DNA of 48,422 bases, filler included, from Hydrolagus affinis (Eukaryota), in NCBI GenBank assembly GCA_012026655.1. It is 3 parts of 3 records of this genome, joined end to end, with 100 filler letters (N's around TTAATTAATTAA, not from the genome) between each part and the next. Parts side by side here need not be neighbours in the genome. Positions count along the whole stretch, not along the records: positions 1 to 26,589 come from JAAILG010009215.1; positions 26,690 to 37,894 come from JAAILG010023934.1; 1 more part is not named here. The stretch is one strand, 5' to 3'. The notes beneath the pieces are model-generated. The model did no database searches and was not told the DNA's origin. It was given only the letters and a program-made list of their open reading frames with translations. The position numbers were made by a program, and so were the translations under genes. Positions 24,645 to 37,894 of this stretch are shown piece by piece (position 1 is the stretch's first letter; every line of letters begins with the position of its first letter).

Positions 24645-25257
24645 AAATGTAGCTTTACAAAAAAAAATCCCATGTTTGAAGTGATAAACTCAAATTATGT
24701 GAAATCTCTGTACTGTGTATTTCTGCCTAAATACTGAGGAATAATTTTTAACATGAGAAAAATTTGTGATATTACTATTTTGAAAATTAGTTTTTATACC
24801 AAGTATCTTGAATTGCATTCAATAAAATATTAGCTGAATATATGTCGGTTTATTTCATGACCAAATAGGCATGCAGAGATATGTGCCTCATACCAGGAGC
24901 TGTTACAAAAATACCAATTAATCCTGTTTCACATTTTTCTGTTTGTATTTTATATGATTATCTTACACTCGTCTGTCCAACAACATCCACAACTTACTGT
25001 TCAAAGTGCGGCCATTCATGTTGCAATGGAGGGTATGAGGGACATGTAGGAACCAAAGCCACTCAATTAGAGGCAGCAATAGTTAGTTGGGGATTAAACA
25101 GGTTGGAGAGGTAGTGAGGTGCTAGGGCATGAAGACAATATAATTATAAACCTGCCTAGCAGCTAAACACCTTTAGTGTTCATTGTCATTTTTAATCCAA
25201 TGTGTTAGTTTAAGCGGGTTAAGCTTTTTGGTCAATTCAATCCACGATTGTTTAATA

Positions 25258-25553
25258 ATATAATAATAATAATCCTTGCATTTTGATATAGAGCTTTTCA
25301 CATCGTCTAGATGTCTGACGGCGCTTCACAGAATATACTGTAAATTGAATTGACTGCATATTTGTGGGTGAAATGTGGTAGCCAATTGCACACAGCAGTG
25401 TCCCACAAACAGTCGTGGATTGAAATGACTAATTTATTATTGCTTTTTTGAGGGATTATTATTAGGTGTTTGGAGTAAGGAAAAGTAAGGTTTCGCCTTG
25501 CCTGGTCTCACGCTTGTAAGGCGAGTGCTCTAACCACTGAGCTACAGGACTCC
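25258..25553 (-). mobile_element. Near full-length tRNA-derived SINE; related copies at ~41890-42140 (+), ~43600-43890 (-) and ~46220-46410 (+), with many tail-only copies
   Basis: Head GTCCTGTAGCTCAGTGGTTAGAGCACTCGCCTTAC...; shared body and (ATT)n tail. Confidence 0.8.
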
Positions 25554-26443
25554 ACGTTGAATGTGTTAATTACCCAAAACTAAAGTAGAGTGCTGTGTAT
25601 ATAAAACCCATGTTATTACTCTATTAATATCTCTCAAATAGACTTAGTTCTTAGTGTATATATATTATATATTGTTCATACAAACAAATAAATCAAAATA
25701 TAATCAGTCTAAAATGCTGCAAAGTTCAATTATGATATGTAAATCATTATTTTCTGTCTGATTCATCCTGTATTTTCAATAAAGTAACAGAAAGTCCCTG
25801 AGTCTTATCTTAGCTTGAAACCTTTTTTAAACACACACATAATTCATAACCTTCCATAAAATAGTTAAAGTGCGGACTGTCTATCGGTCACGTAACTGCT
25901 AAAATGGATGTAACCGGATGTAACTAATTGCTCCTTTGTGTTATTTATGACAGCAACAATAAAAAGAGTTACAACATCTCGCTCTTCACATTAAATATAG
26001 AGCGTGTGGTTAGCGATTGTAGCTATTATACAAATATTATTGCAACCAACGCATTCGCTCACATTTCAACTGCAAGCTCATTGTGGCCATGTTCGAGTGT
26101 TCTCTCTTAGAAGGCTGGACTGTACAATTAATACGTAACAACTGGTAAAATAACCTACGCTGTTCATTCACACATGTTGTTCAAGGCCCCTTTTTCTAAA
26201 TATATTTTCTTGGTGCATGTACTAATATGTCCGATGTTGCGAAATGGTCATTTGCTCTTGACTATCACAAATAAATTGCTTATGAATTTGCTCCATGTGG
26301 AAAAAGTATATTGTATAAATGGTTATTTAGTAGTGACTCGATATGTTTGACCAAAGATTCTATATGTTAGAAGGAGATAGCTCTCATGAAATTATCCTTT
26401 CTTTGTTGCTATCAGTTAAAACAACCCTGAATGCCAAACAATT

Positions 26444-26589
26444 CATAGAATCATAGAATCATAGAATCATAGAATTTTATGGCACAAAAGGAGGCCATTC
26501 GGCCCATCTAGTCTGTGCCGGCTCTTTGAAAAGAGCGATTCAATCCCACTGCCCTGCCCGCTCCCCATAGCCTAATAGACCTGTTCTCC
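26444..26589 (-). mobile_element. CR1 LINE 3' end with an (ATTCTATG)n tail, running into the gap
   Basis: Four CATAGAAT units followed by GGAGGCCATTCGGCCCATC. Confidence 0.8.
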
Positions 26590-26689
26590 NNNNNNNNNNN
26601 NNNNNNNNNNNNNNNNNNNNNNNNNNNNNNNNNTTAATTAATTAANNNNNNNNNNNNNNNNNNNNNNNNNNNNNNNNNNNNNNNNNNNN
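26590..26689. other. Assembly gap with artificial linker (44 N + TTAATTAATTAA + 44 N)
   Basis: Exactly 100 nt with a palindromic six-frame stop sequence at the centre. Confidence 0.97.
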
Positions 26690-27194
26690 ATGGGGGCGGG
26701 GGGGGTGGGAGGAGTGGGAATCTGTGCTTTCCCACCGAGCTTGAGCTGAGAGTTTGTGACGGGAAGTAACTATCGAATAATAACAATAATAATAATTATA
26801 ATAATGATAATTAAGATAGTGACTTAGTGTCTTTCCGTTGTCTCAAATAATCAAAGCGTGAATGCAGAATAACAAACACAGTTACATTGATAGAGCGCCT
26901 TTCACGTCTGGATTATAATAGTAATAATGATTACATTTGATAATAAAGATAAATAAATCTCTCTGAGATCTGGCTTTCGCTCCTCTCTATCTGTCTCTGT
27001 CTCTGAGCAGGAGGCTAAAGGTAATTAGTTTGCAAATCGTGCCTGCGCAGTGACGTCACTGGGCGCCATACTCCATACGTTTTTGCCACTCGTCGCCAGC
27101 GCGGTAACGTCTGTGTCTACCTGGTCACGTGGCTTTCACGTGGGATATCTCGTGAGTGATGTGCCTTTGTTGCTGAGGATGGCTCTGTGTGTAC

Positions 27195-27731
27195 TAGAGA
27201 GAGAGCCTGTAGTGTGCCGCAGTAATGCTGGTGGAGCTGAAGTTACATGAATGGCTGTCATGTTCCTCCATTTCTCAGATTGGCGCTTGTTGCGTTTGGA
27301 AATCTCTCCCTTTTCACTTTGCTTCCCCCTCCTTTCCCATCTTCAGTTCGCACGAGAAGATATTTCTCTTCTATCACACTTACGGTCACCTCCCCACAAC
27401 CCTTGGCTCGTCTTCAGGCTCTGACAATGTGAGTCACTCTAAAATGCGCGTGGAGGTCGTGATGTACATTTGAGTTGCTGTTGTTGTTTGTGGAAGCGAA
27501 GCACTCTGAGACGCCTTCCGGCGTGGAGGACGCTATACAAATCGAAGTTGTTGCTGTTGTTGTGTGAGAGAGCCTGTAATGTTTCCGTAATGCTGAGGGT
27601 AGCGCTATCTGTGCGTCTATATTTGCTTGTGTGACACAGACCCTGCAATCCTCCTGCATTCCTGATGGTGGAGCTGAGTGTGAACGAGAGAGAGGGAGCG
27701 TCTAGTGTTCCCGCAGTGTTGAGGGTGGCTC

Positions 27732-27769
<38 letters not shown>

Positions 27770-27970
27770 CGTATACTATTCCCGCAGTGTTGAGGGTGGC
27801 TCTGTGTGCGTGTGAGAGAAAACGAGAGGGTGGGCGTGTAGTGTTCCCGCAGTGCTGAGGGTGGCGCTGTGTACGCGTGTGACAGAGAGAGTCTGTAATG
27901 TTCCGGCAGTGCTAAGAGAGAGAGAGAAAGAGAGCGTGTAACGTTCCAACAGTGCTGAGGGTGGCGCTGT

Positions 27971-28025
<55 letters not shown>

Positions 28026-28115
28026 ATCATAACATTATATTTATTTCTTTTGTTTTATTGTGAGAAACGGAGAGAGTGAGAGGCTGTAACGTGTCTCCAG
28101 TGCTGAGGGTGGCGT
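27195..28115. repeat. Degenerate minisatellite (core ~GAGAGCxTGTAxTGTTCCxGCAGTGCTGAGGGTGGCGCT) interleaved with (GT)n/(GA)n
   Basis: About 8 recognisable copies. Confidence 0.75.
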
Positions 28116-31100
28116 TTTCAAACTATAACTAGCATCTAATTGTGTATGCAACAGAGAAGTGTGTGGAGAACCTGGATTTATGTATGTACAATTTATGATT
28201 GTACCGATGAAGATGATTGACATGTTTCAAACCATGTTATTCAAGAGTTGCCACCATTGCTGTGCTACAGAGAGAAACAGTGGCAGTGGAGCGGGTAATG
28301 CACTCTGGGATAGTGCCCTTCATGAAGCTGTCGCTGCTGTTGCGCATATTCTTGGCTTTAGGGATCAGAAGTTGCCATTAGCATACAGTGACGTTTTCAG
28401 AGAGAATTAGAGTTCGGGTGAGGCCAACCCTATTCCATCCTTCGTCACCTCTCGGCTGGAATAATCCAACACCCTTCTCTTTAGTATTTCCACCTTCAAT
28501 ATTCACAAAATTCGTCCTACAATAGAATGAATTCGTCTCTGTTACAGGCAGCAGCTCTCGCACAAACGGTTTGCTCAAGAGCGTAAAAAAGAGTTGCATT
28601 TAACGGAAAGTGGGGAACGCTCATTTGAGCCATTTTACCGAAAGATCCTGTGTGAGTTTTTAAAGGAAAGCCAGAGATTTACGTAAAAATGAAACAACCT
28701 TAGGGCAACTAAATGGGATGAAAAGCATTGCACTTAAAGGAGCCGACAGACAAACTAAAATGTCTTAACATGTAACTCATAGATGTGGCTGATACTGCAA
28801 CAGTCCTGGGGCTGTGCTGCATTGTGATGCGTGCAATCCTTCAGGTAGGAGTTTAAACCCATGTTTACCCGCCGTGGATGTTAAACATCCCAATGTTTTA
28901 ATCGAGAAGGGAATTTCTCCTGGTATCCTGGCCAACAATCCTCCCTTCAGATCCCGTGATAACAGGAACAAAAACTTTTACTGACACAGCGTCTTCCAGT
29001 GTTGCGCCTCTTAGTGCTTAGATAAGACATTGTATAGATTTGAATCTATCATACAAGTTTTTAAAAAATAAACAAATTAGTCACTTGAATCCACGACTGT
29101 TTGCGGTAATCTCCTGTGTACAATTCGCAGCTAAGTTTTGCCCTCAACATATACGTTCAATTCACTATACAGTGGTGTGCCGTGAAACACATTGAGACGT
29201 CATGAACACTTGATAAATCTGCATATAAACTGTAATATCTATCTGATTATAAATGTATAAGACCAGGTTGGTTTGCGAAATTCACTTAATTTTCAGAACA
29301 GGTGTATGGGATATTTAAATTCAGCAAATACTGAAAGACCATATCTCCTACAACACAGTTCATCCATGCACTGCATTACAATGTCAACCATGATGTCCAC
29401 TTGCAGACATGTAGCATGAACTTACAACCTTCTGGCTGACAGCGCAATTCAGCCAATTTCATGCGCATAGTTGGTAGTGAACTCTGGGTTCAAAAAATCA
29501 ATGTGAGGATTAATCCCACGACTTTATTCCCCAGAAGCGAGAGTTGTGCCGAATGTAGTGGCCATAGTTGAGACTAAATTCAGCATTCATACAGACTAAA
29601 TCAATACAATTTACTTATTTCCAAACATTGTATACAAACAACCGGATACATGCAAGTTAGAATTGTTCATGAACAGTTTTAGCTTAATCGTTATAGCCTC
29701 TAAAATACTTTTCTGAACATCGTTTTTAAATTTATTCAATCAAAATAGATCCTGTTCTGCCATCACATTGGTTCACCATGTAGCTGCAAAGTTGCAATAA
29801 AGCTGCCATAATAACAACTGTAAGTTGTTTATCTCCTGTTGCTAATTCACTTGCAATACTGCAAATAATTTATTGCTTTGGTGTGAAGTATTCTCAAATA
29901 TTTACAAATAGCGAGCAACAGGTTTTATATTCTCTGCAGAAAAAGAATTGACCGTTTTGAAAATTATCTTATTTCCACAGATATAAGGCAGGTGTGGAGA
30001 ATACCCTGTGTTGTTAATTCTAATATTTGGAACCAGTTTCTAGCAGATGGTTTAAAGTCAGATTTATATTAGGAGGAAGTCGATCTAAATTAGTGTTAGA
30101 AAATGCAGGTGTTTCATGTAGATAAGAAACTGACTCACTTTTGGATAATCGCATGACCAGTGGCAATGATTTCTTGTAAATGGTGTTTGAACCACAGTGA
30201 CCCGGGGCAGCAGGATTCAGTGCAGTGTTCATCAAAGCTAAGTTATGTTTCCAAGTCACTAATTTAGATGCATAAAGCTGGCTATGTTTGTGTCTTAGTT
30301 TGGTTATCGGTAAGGCTTATAGCGTGGTGGGCTGGGCTGATTGTTGTGGGTATCTCAGTGGAGGTGAATTTACCTAGTTTAAGTTTCCAGGTTGAATGAT
30401 TGGAATCGACACTTGAAACTTAATCAAGACTATGCGTCAGCCTAAATAATCCAAGTGGATAATTTTGCTTTCCAAGCATTGTCACGGACACACCAGTCAG
30501 GCTGCCTGCCTCAATGGCAGGACTGGAGGGGCAAACTGATTACAGAGGCCAGTGGAGTTCATGCATTTCTGGTCTTAGTATCTCTACAGGCCAAAGCACT
30601 TATATACACTATAGTCTAACTTGTCAAGTAACAGGAAATTACCATCAGTGCCAGCAATGGCAACATGACAAGGTTAAATTAATTAACTCCAGCTGCTCCA
30701 CACGCAAATCATTACTGACTATATGGACGGATACCTATTCCAAGACAAAATGAGTTTCCACTGCTGATGGTTTACTGCAGAACAGCTTTAGTTGGACTGT
30801 TACCGAAATAGAGTGTTGTCTCCTGGATCACTGTTTAGTGCAAATTCTTCTTCAAACAGCTTTTATATATATGTGGTTAACACGCACACATATATACACA
30901 TACACACATACACACACATACGCAAAGATACACACCAGAAACACACATGTGAAAACACATATCATAATATGCAATAACTTCCTGTATATAATCCCATTTT
31001 ATTTTTGGTTTCTGATAAGATATCACTCTCCTGAGTGAAGGAGCGTCGCTCTTCTCTGTACATTCTCTTCTTCAGGACCAGTATTCTGGATACTCACTGG

Positions 31101-33289
31101 TGCAGCCCTAGCAATATCTAATGACCCCCATGATGGTTTCTGAGCATTTCAGCGATAATTGTTTCTGTATGTTGTTAGTTTTCTCAGGGGCCATATCATC
31201 GAATTGTCTGTGCTGCTTTGGGATTATAGAAATTAACATCCTTCTAATATTACAGAGTTCGTAACTTCCTAAATTGCCCTAAACGCTGCAAGTGTGCTCG
31301 GATTTCTACACAGAAGACCTGAATGCAAAACTCGGTAAATTTGTTCACCAGAATAATGTGTTTAGAAACAGTACATAATTGGGGAGATAACGTATGTATG
31401 TGACTGTGAAGATGATGGAAGTCTTATCGACTAGGCCCTGGTCATTGTTGACTCTCAATGCTTTAATTCTGATCGAGCTGTTATAATGGACTCCTGATAC
31501 ACGTGATGCGACATGAAGTGTTATTAATAACATTATTACATGGGAAAAACGGTTCTGTCTACAAGGTGCTTAATATTTAGCGCTCTTCCTATTACTCAAT
31601 ATATACCTATTATGTGATGGGAACTGGGCTGAAGTTATCTATTGTGCAGAAGTCACTGGACATTATGGAAGCTGGAGAGATACTAACATTCAAAGCAACC
31701 TGGAGGAGATAGCTCCCTGAGAAAGTCAATGACCACTGAGCACATACAAAATGTTGACACAAGACACAATATAAAATCACGATAGTAATCTTTAGAAGGG
31801 GACGTTCTATATCACTATTTATGCAAGTTGGGCTAAGGGGGTCAGATCAATTTTACGTGGAGGGAATTTAAGACCACATTTCTGTTTTTGTTTCAGTCTG
31901 GGCGTTTCATGGTATTAATAACAATGATAATTATAATTACTTTTGGTTGAAGGTATATCAAGTCAGCAGTATTTCCCATCGTTTCACTCCTTAAAGTAGG
32001 AATAGGAGTCTGGGACCCTGCAGGAAATAGGCTTGTGGTGCTGCCAAGCAGTTTGTGCAACTCAGCACAGGCAGGATAAGAAGTTGTGAATGTGTACAAC
32101 AAATGACACTCTCACATTATTCCGTAAATACTGTAACACAGAGCTGCGTATTATTCTATCAGAAGAGCCGTGCATCTGAAGCAGTAACTGGGTGTGGAGC
32201 TGATAACTGGGGGAATGGACGCAGCTGCCGGTTAAAGAAGTGAAGAAGCTACAGAAGCGGAAATATTGCCGCCCATTAGTGATCTCAGCAAAACCCGAGG
32301 TGTAGGTGTAGCTTTTGAATAGCGCTCATTTTTGAGCGAATCTGAATAATTTGGTGAGCAGGAGAAAAGTCACAATTGACACAAAAATGGAAAGAAACGT
32401 TTGATACTTTGCACCGCGTTTATTATTTCGTATTGATGCAATGGACAGGATCTTCAGACGTTATGAAATAGGAGCAGATTAAAAAAAACACAAAGCTTCT
32501 GATTGAAATCAAAGAAAAATCCACAACAGCCAACTTATTTCTTCAACATTATACCACCCAAATGTTGAACAGTAAATACAAAATATCAAAAAATGTGCGA
32601 CGTTACCCATATAGTTTTATTACTGCCACGAGTCACATTATAATGTAAACGTTATAAAAACAAGAAGAGTCACTATAATTGTTGTATTTGCACAATACAA
32701 AGGTTAATTCCAGCGAAGATAGACATCATATTTTCGGTCGCCAAATATTGCTTCTCAACATCCATAGTTGAGGCACCTGGTGCAGCTGATGTTCCGAAAT
32801 TTATTTTACATGTAAAATATGAGTAGATATATAATTTAAAGGTTCTGCTTGGGTCAGCAGTTATTTTTTACGGTTGTGGTTATTGACATATTTTTTACAA
32901 TATACACACAGATATATATATACACATATGCATACAAACACATACACCACACACACATGCAGACAGAAATACAAAACACACATTTTAAAGCCAGGCTAAA
33001 GCTTCCATTAAATATCCAGAGAACTACAGATTGTGCAAATTACCGTTGGTTTCTGCCCCTATCGATAACCGGTGGGACTATATCAGTAGTGATTATTGGT
33101 ATGTAAGGTTAATAGGATATTTTCATTACCAACACAGAGTCTGGACACAATGGTTCAGCCTTGTACAAACAAGGGGATTAACCCAGCAGATTGGCTGCAA
33201 TGAGCATCACTATCAGTGCTCCCATGGAACAAGTATTGATCAGCACTTGTTAGATCACATCATGGCGACAATGAATTTAATATCCTCAC

Positions 33290-33420
33290 CTTAATTAGAG
33301 TGACGGTGGCGCTGTAGAACATACTCAGGAAAAAGAGGATGATGAATGTGGAAGCACCAGGCCAGAGATTCTCACTTTCATCTTGTTGAAAACTTTCCAC
33401 TATCAACTCGGTTGGGAAAT
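33290..33420 (-). CDS. IGHM: IgM heavy chain transmembrane exon TM1
   Basis: DFPTELIVESFQQDESENLWPGASTFIILFFLSMFYSATVTLIK, a CART-type motif; cccag acceptor and AAG|gtgagg donor. Confidence 0.88.
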
Positions 33421-34529
33421 CTGGGAGGTTAATATAGAAGAAAACATTCAGAGGGAACACAAACCATTCAAGCACATGGGCCCACAGACACTCGCACACT
33501 TACCGAGTTACACAGCACCATTTGTGTGCATCCTGCCAATTAACATAAGCGTTAACATTTAAGAGAAATTAAGGAGAAATGGTTGATAATGTTTGTTCAT
33601 ATCAATTATATAAGCCATGAAATATATTTGGGGACACATTGGGAAAATTTAATTTGTAGAATTACAGAAGGATAGATATCCTCCCACTGAGAATTTGCTG
33701 GTAGAAAAGGGGAGAGCTATAACAATCCTCCAATTTCACATTTCCAACTCTTTACTTGTCACTATTCAAATACCATTTCAGATTGCGTCACTTTGTTATT
33801 GAGTTGAATAATCATATATTCTAAAAAAAAATCTCTATTTATAACTACCTTTATACATTGCACTGGTTTCGTGGCTGTCAGAGTTGCAAAATCTATCCTG
33901 CATTTTAAAAGAATTTATTTGGTACTCTCCTCCTGTTTTCTTTTACCTTCACTTTTCACGAGAACAAATACAATGTTTGAAGCTGTTCTTCATTGCTATA
34001 ATGCCAATCGCAGGCATTTCATGCTCTTTGTGAAAGAGCCCTGAAACTATACTGTAGGAGTTTGGAGAAGCCTGTGTTTAGTGACTATCTTGCTGTACCC
34101 TCTTTGTATAATAAGTTTCTGGAACCCCACACAGTACTCCAAACACATCCATACTAGCGTTATATATAACTGACAGTCGATTATCTGTGCGAAAAGCGCG
34201 ATATCTTTTTAATTCTCCAATTCGTCCCCATTCCACTGAAAACAATATGAATCCTTTCGAGAACATATTTCTAAAATATACTTGAAATAAACAGGAGTTT
34301 CAATATTCAACTGCATTTCCCAATTTCTACAAACAAAGATACCGGTGTGATATTAGGAAATGTCCCCACATCATTCCTCATTGTGTCCCTTACCCCTGTT
34401 ACTTCCAGAGCAATATGTTTACAAATGGTGCCATGGTTAGTTAACAATCGTTAATATTGTTTCAATGTTATTACCGTGTGTGAGTTTGATTGTGTATCTA
34501 TTTTGCAGATATGTCTGGATGGGTGTGGG

Positions 34530-35000
34530 CCTGGGACTATGTGTTTGTGAACATTTTGTGGGTGGGCTGTGTGAATGTGTGCTTATGCTGATGTATATGT
34601 GACTGTGTGTGTCTTTGCGCCCAGAATGATGCAATGGTTGCGTGGGTCCGCTTGAGTGTAAAATTGTGTGGGCCTGCGTGTGTTATTGTGTATGAGCATT
34701 TGTGCTTGGGTTTGTGAAAATAGGGGTCAGGTGTGTGCCTCAGGTGGGTGTGATTATGTGTGAGTGCGTGTACACCTAATGTGTGTGAGTGGGTTTGATT
34801 CGGTAAGTATGTGCTTGAGTGTGTGGGAGCGAATAGGCCTCGATTGACGTGAATGTGTGAGAGTGTGTGGTTCCAGTTCGATTTGAGCGTGTTAGGCTAT
34901 GTGTAAACCTGGGTGGGTGAAAGTTTGAGTGAATGTGCTTATATAAGTGTCTGGGTGGCAGAGAGTTTGTGTCGGTGTGTGGAGTGGATGTGCATGGTCC
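34530..35000. repeat. Degenerate TG-rich low-complexity tract
   Basis: Visible (TG)n-like composition. Confidence 0.7.
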
Positions 35001-35599
35001 TCACTGCATTTGAGTTTGGATGATTCTCTTTGTTTACGAAGTAAACGTCTGGGGAAGTCTATGTTGAAGTGAATAACTTCCTGTACCCAGATCTGCTTGT
35101 GTGGAAGCATCTGTAATTTTACATGAATTCAAGCAATATAGCCCATAAATATTGTTATGTATGGAACAGTCATTGTGAATGATAAAGAAAATATCATGGA
35201 AGGGACGCGCGCAGAGGTACCACCCAATTCCAAAACAAGCTGCAAATCAACCCATTCTGAGATTGCATTGTCGCAAGTGATGCGGAATAATTTGTGTGTT
35301 TTGTATTAACTTTTTGGAGGTTAATTGATACGTGTCAAATCCCATCCTCATGCTTAAGAATATTCATACCAAACTGACATTGCTACCAGCTTCATAATAA
35401 CATTGCATCAAAGAAAATATGTATTAATCCTCACTCTGGAAGTCACCTGTATCATTAATTTTAAATCATCCCCTCTGTACGTGACTCAGTAATGCAACAA
35501 TGATCTTTATTTAAGTTACCTTTCATGAAACCAAACTGACAATGAAATGGTGTGGAGACAGGTGCACACAGCAATATGCATAATTGTATTGGTAGATGC

Positions 35600-35991
35600 T
35601 TATTGACATGCATTCACAGTGTCCATCAGGACAAGGGAAATGTTTACAAAACTTGGTTTACCGCTGGATTTGTTAACGGTTCTGGTCAGGGTCTTCATTG
35701 GGAAGGTTTCATGTCCGACAACACAGGAGTAGGAGGAGCCTCTATCCCACTCTCCAGCTGAGATGGTCAACATGCTGTACATGGAGTATTTGCGATCTGC
35801 GCTATCTGCCATCACCTCAGTATTATTGTAGTTGCTGACATTTATCTCCTTGTCATCAACAGTCCATTGCACAAAGATCTCTTTGGGAGCGAAGTCCTTC
35901 ACCAGGCAGGTGAGTGTGACAGACTGCTGTGCAGTCAATTCTGCTGCCGATGGGAGGAGGATGTACACTGATGGTTGTTTTGTGTGGTCAA
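35600..35991 (-). CDS. IGHM: IgM Cmu4 exon plus secretory tailpiece ([23 protein letters not shown]); internal donor for the TM form at 35662; AATAAA at 35506-35511
   Basis: Intact C1 domain, shark-type tailpiece with NIS glycosylation site and penultimate Cys. Confidence 0.93.
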
Positions 35992-36421
35992 CTGTGGGAC
36001 AAATACAATCAAATCAACACAGTAGCACAATCAATCAAAGAAAACGTTCATGATCAACATGCAGCTGAACAAATTGAGAATGTCTGTGTTCAGTGGTGTA
36101 TTCTGAAATCTCCTTATATCACTTGATTAGGTCCACCCAGTGAAAACTGGTTTAGGTGTATCCAACTAAACTCATCGAGAACATTTCTACCATCCTCCAA
36201 GAAAAATATTTTTTTATTTTGGATATTATTCATTGAATAATAAGGTAATAAACTACTTATCAACTCATATCAAGATACGTTTTCTGGCCTCTGTGATAGG
36301 GAACGAATCCACAGATAGATGCAAAGACAATACAGTCCAGAGACAGTTACTAATTATTTTCACGATTATTTCCATTGTCTACATTCTAAAATCACGTATT
36401 TCGCAAAATCTAGTTGCATAC

Positions 36422-36730
36422 CTGTCCTCTTAAATATCTTTTCTCTGACAGGAGTTGGCATATCTGCGTGGCTGGCAACGCAGAAGAACTCCTTCCCACT
36501 CTTCCAGTCTTCTATAGAAACGTTTAATTCACTGATCACTTCCTGACGCTCAGTGACAGATGTTTTCCCATATCCAGACAGTTGTTTCTCTCCTTGTGTC
36601 CAAGACACGTTGACATCAGGTGGTGCATTATCCACTACAAAGGTCATTGTTACAGAGGATTCCATCAAAACCTGTTTCTGTGAAAGTGGCAGGAAATAGG
36701 CCTTGACATTCCCAGTGGGATCCTCACAGT
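36422..36730 (-). CDS. IGHM: IgM Cmu3 exon, open frame but the first canonical Cys is replaced by Phe (VTMTFVV)
   Basis: 309 nt, phase 1-1; VSW and FFCVASH retained. Confidence 0.85.
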
Positions 36731-37447
36731 CTAGAAAAGGAAAAGAAAGTTGATTCACAAATATCAGCCAATATTATTAGTTCGGTTTGATCAATAATGT
36801 ACACGCACATTATCAGCTTCTGGGTGAGATAAATACAGACTGTTGTTTACCAATGTAATGATCGTTTGGTGTTGGAATAATGTACTGGAAAAGACATGGT
36901 TATGGTTAGCCCTAACCCTAGCACTAACCCTAGCGAATCCCAGCAGCCCTGCTTATTATTTGGCCAATTGATATCGCATATCCATCGTCTGATAATAAAC
37001 AATTATTAAGCAAATACGTTGGATGAGCAGTACCTCTGCAGTGTGTGTTATCTGCATATCTTCTTGGATTACACAAGTAGTCTGTTTTCAGAAAGTTTAG
37101 TGAAACTGGAGGTTGGGGAAGTGTGTGGAATGTGAGAATTACATCCTCCGTCACATGCACCTTTGAGAGGTGTGAGATGTGCCCTTGAGAAGCAGATCAG
37201 AAAATGAGCGACTCTTTGTGTCTGCCTGGCCATATGCTGATAAATGGAAGCGGGTCAGGGCCTGATTTCCTCATGTTGTACAGGTCAACAAAACACTGGA
37301 TCAATGCTCACATGTGCAATGTCCTCAGTGAAATATCAAAAGGGGGTGAAATGAAATGAGCCATTTGATCTCATGGGAGTGGACATTGGAAAGGATTATA
37401 AGAACCGCATTGTTGCCATGTGTATCAACTGATTCTTTGCTTCATAC

Positions 37448-37757
37448 CTGAGGACTTGGTGATGTTCTTGACAATGTTTGTCTGTGTTGGGCTATGGGAA
37501 ACCTTGCAAGTGGAAACCGAGCCACTCCGCCACTCTCTGGCGAGGACAGAATGACCCATTGTCTTCTTTAACGGAGGGAGAGGTCTCAACCCCCGAGGTG
37601 ATGGGCTCCCAGTCCTTCCACCACTTAACATTCAGTTCATCTGGACGGAAGCCAGATATCAAACAGACAGCAGTGGCTGGTTTGTGGATTGCAATATCTT
37701 CGGGAGATGGCTGAGTGAGGATGACAACTGGGGGCGATGGTTTCTGAATTTCATCAA
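37448..37757 (-). pseudogene. IGHM: IgM Cmu2-like exon with a frameshifting deletion near 37548
   Basis: 310 nt; the first frame (PPVVILTQPS..VCLISGFRP..KWWKD..DNGSF) hits a TAG, and the domain continues in a shifted frame (VLAREWRSG..TCKVSH); the usual E-strand residues are missing. Confidence 0.85.
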
Positions 37758-37894
37758 CTGCAAAGCATTAAATAATAGGTTATGTTTTGTGCAGTTCTTA
37801 TTAATATTGAAGCAAACATTGATTTCAGCCCGAGTGTGGACACCTCTCTGTTAGAGATTTACATATTTGTTTCTTCCCAGTAAAGATAATCTTA

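Noticed and set aside
26634-26645. TTAATTAATTAA palindrome as a biological motif
   Set aside because: It is centred exactly within N runs at both occurrences, so it is an assembly linker
28322-28700. Signal-peptide-like MKLSLLLRIFLALG and a possible decayed V exon after it
   Set aside because: No GT donor at the expected position, multiple stops, no DxxxYxC motif and no RSS
31870-32270. Scattered ETS/E-box/RUNX/GATA-like words as a 3' enhancer
   Set aside because: Short motifs expected by chance, with no conservation data
31980-33170. Candidate IgM TM2 exons (acceptors near 33160 and 32018 on the minus strand)
   Set aside because: Neither gives the expected short VK-type tail; left unresolved
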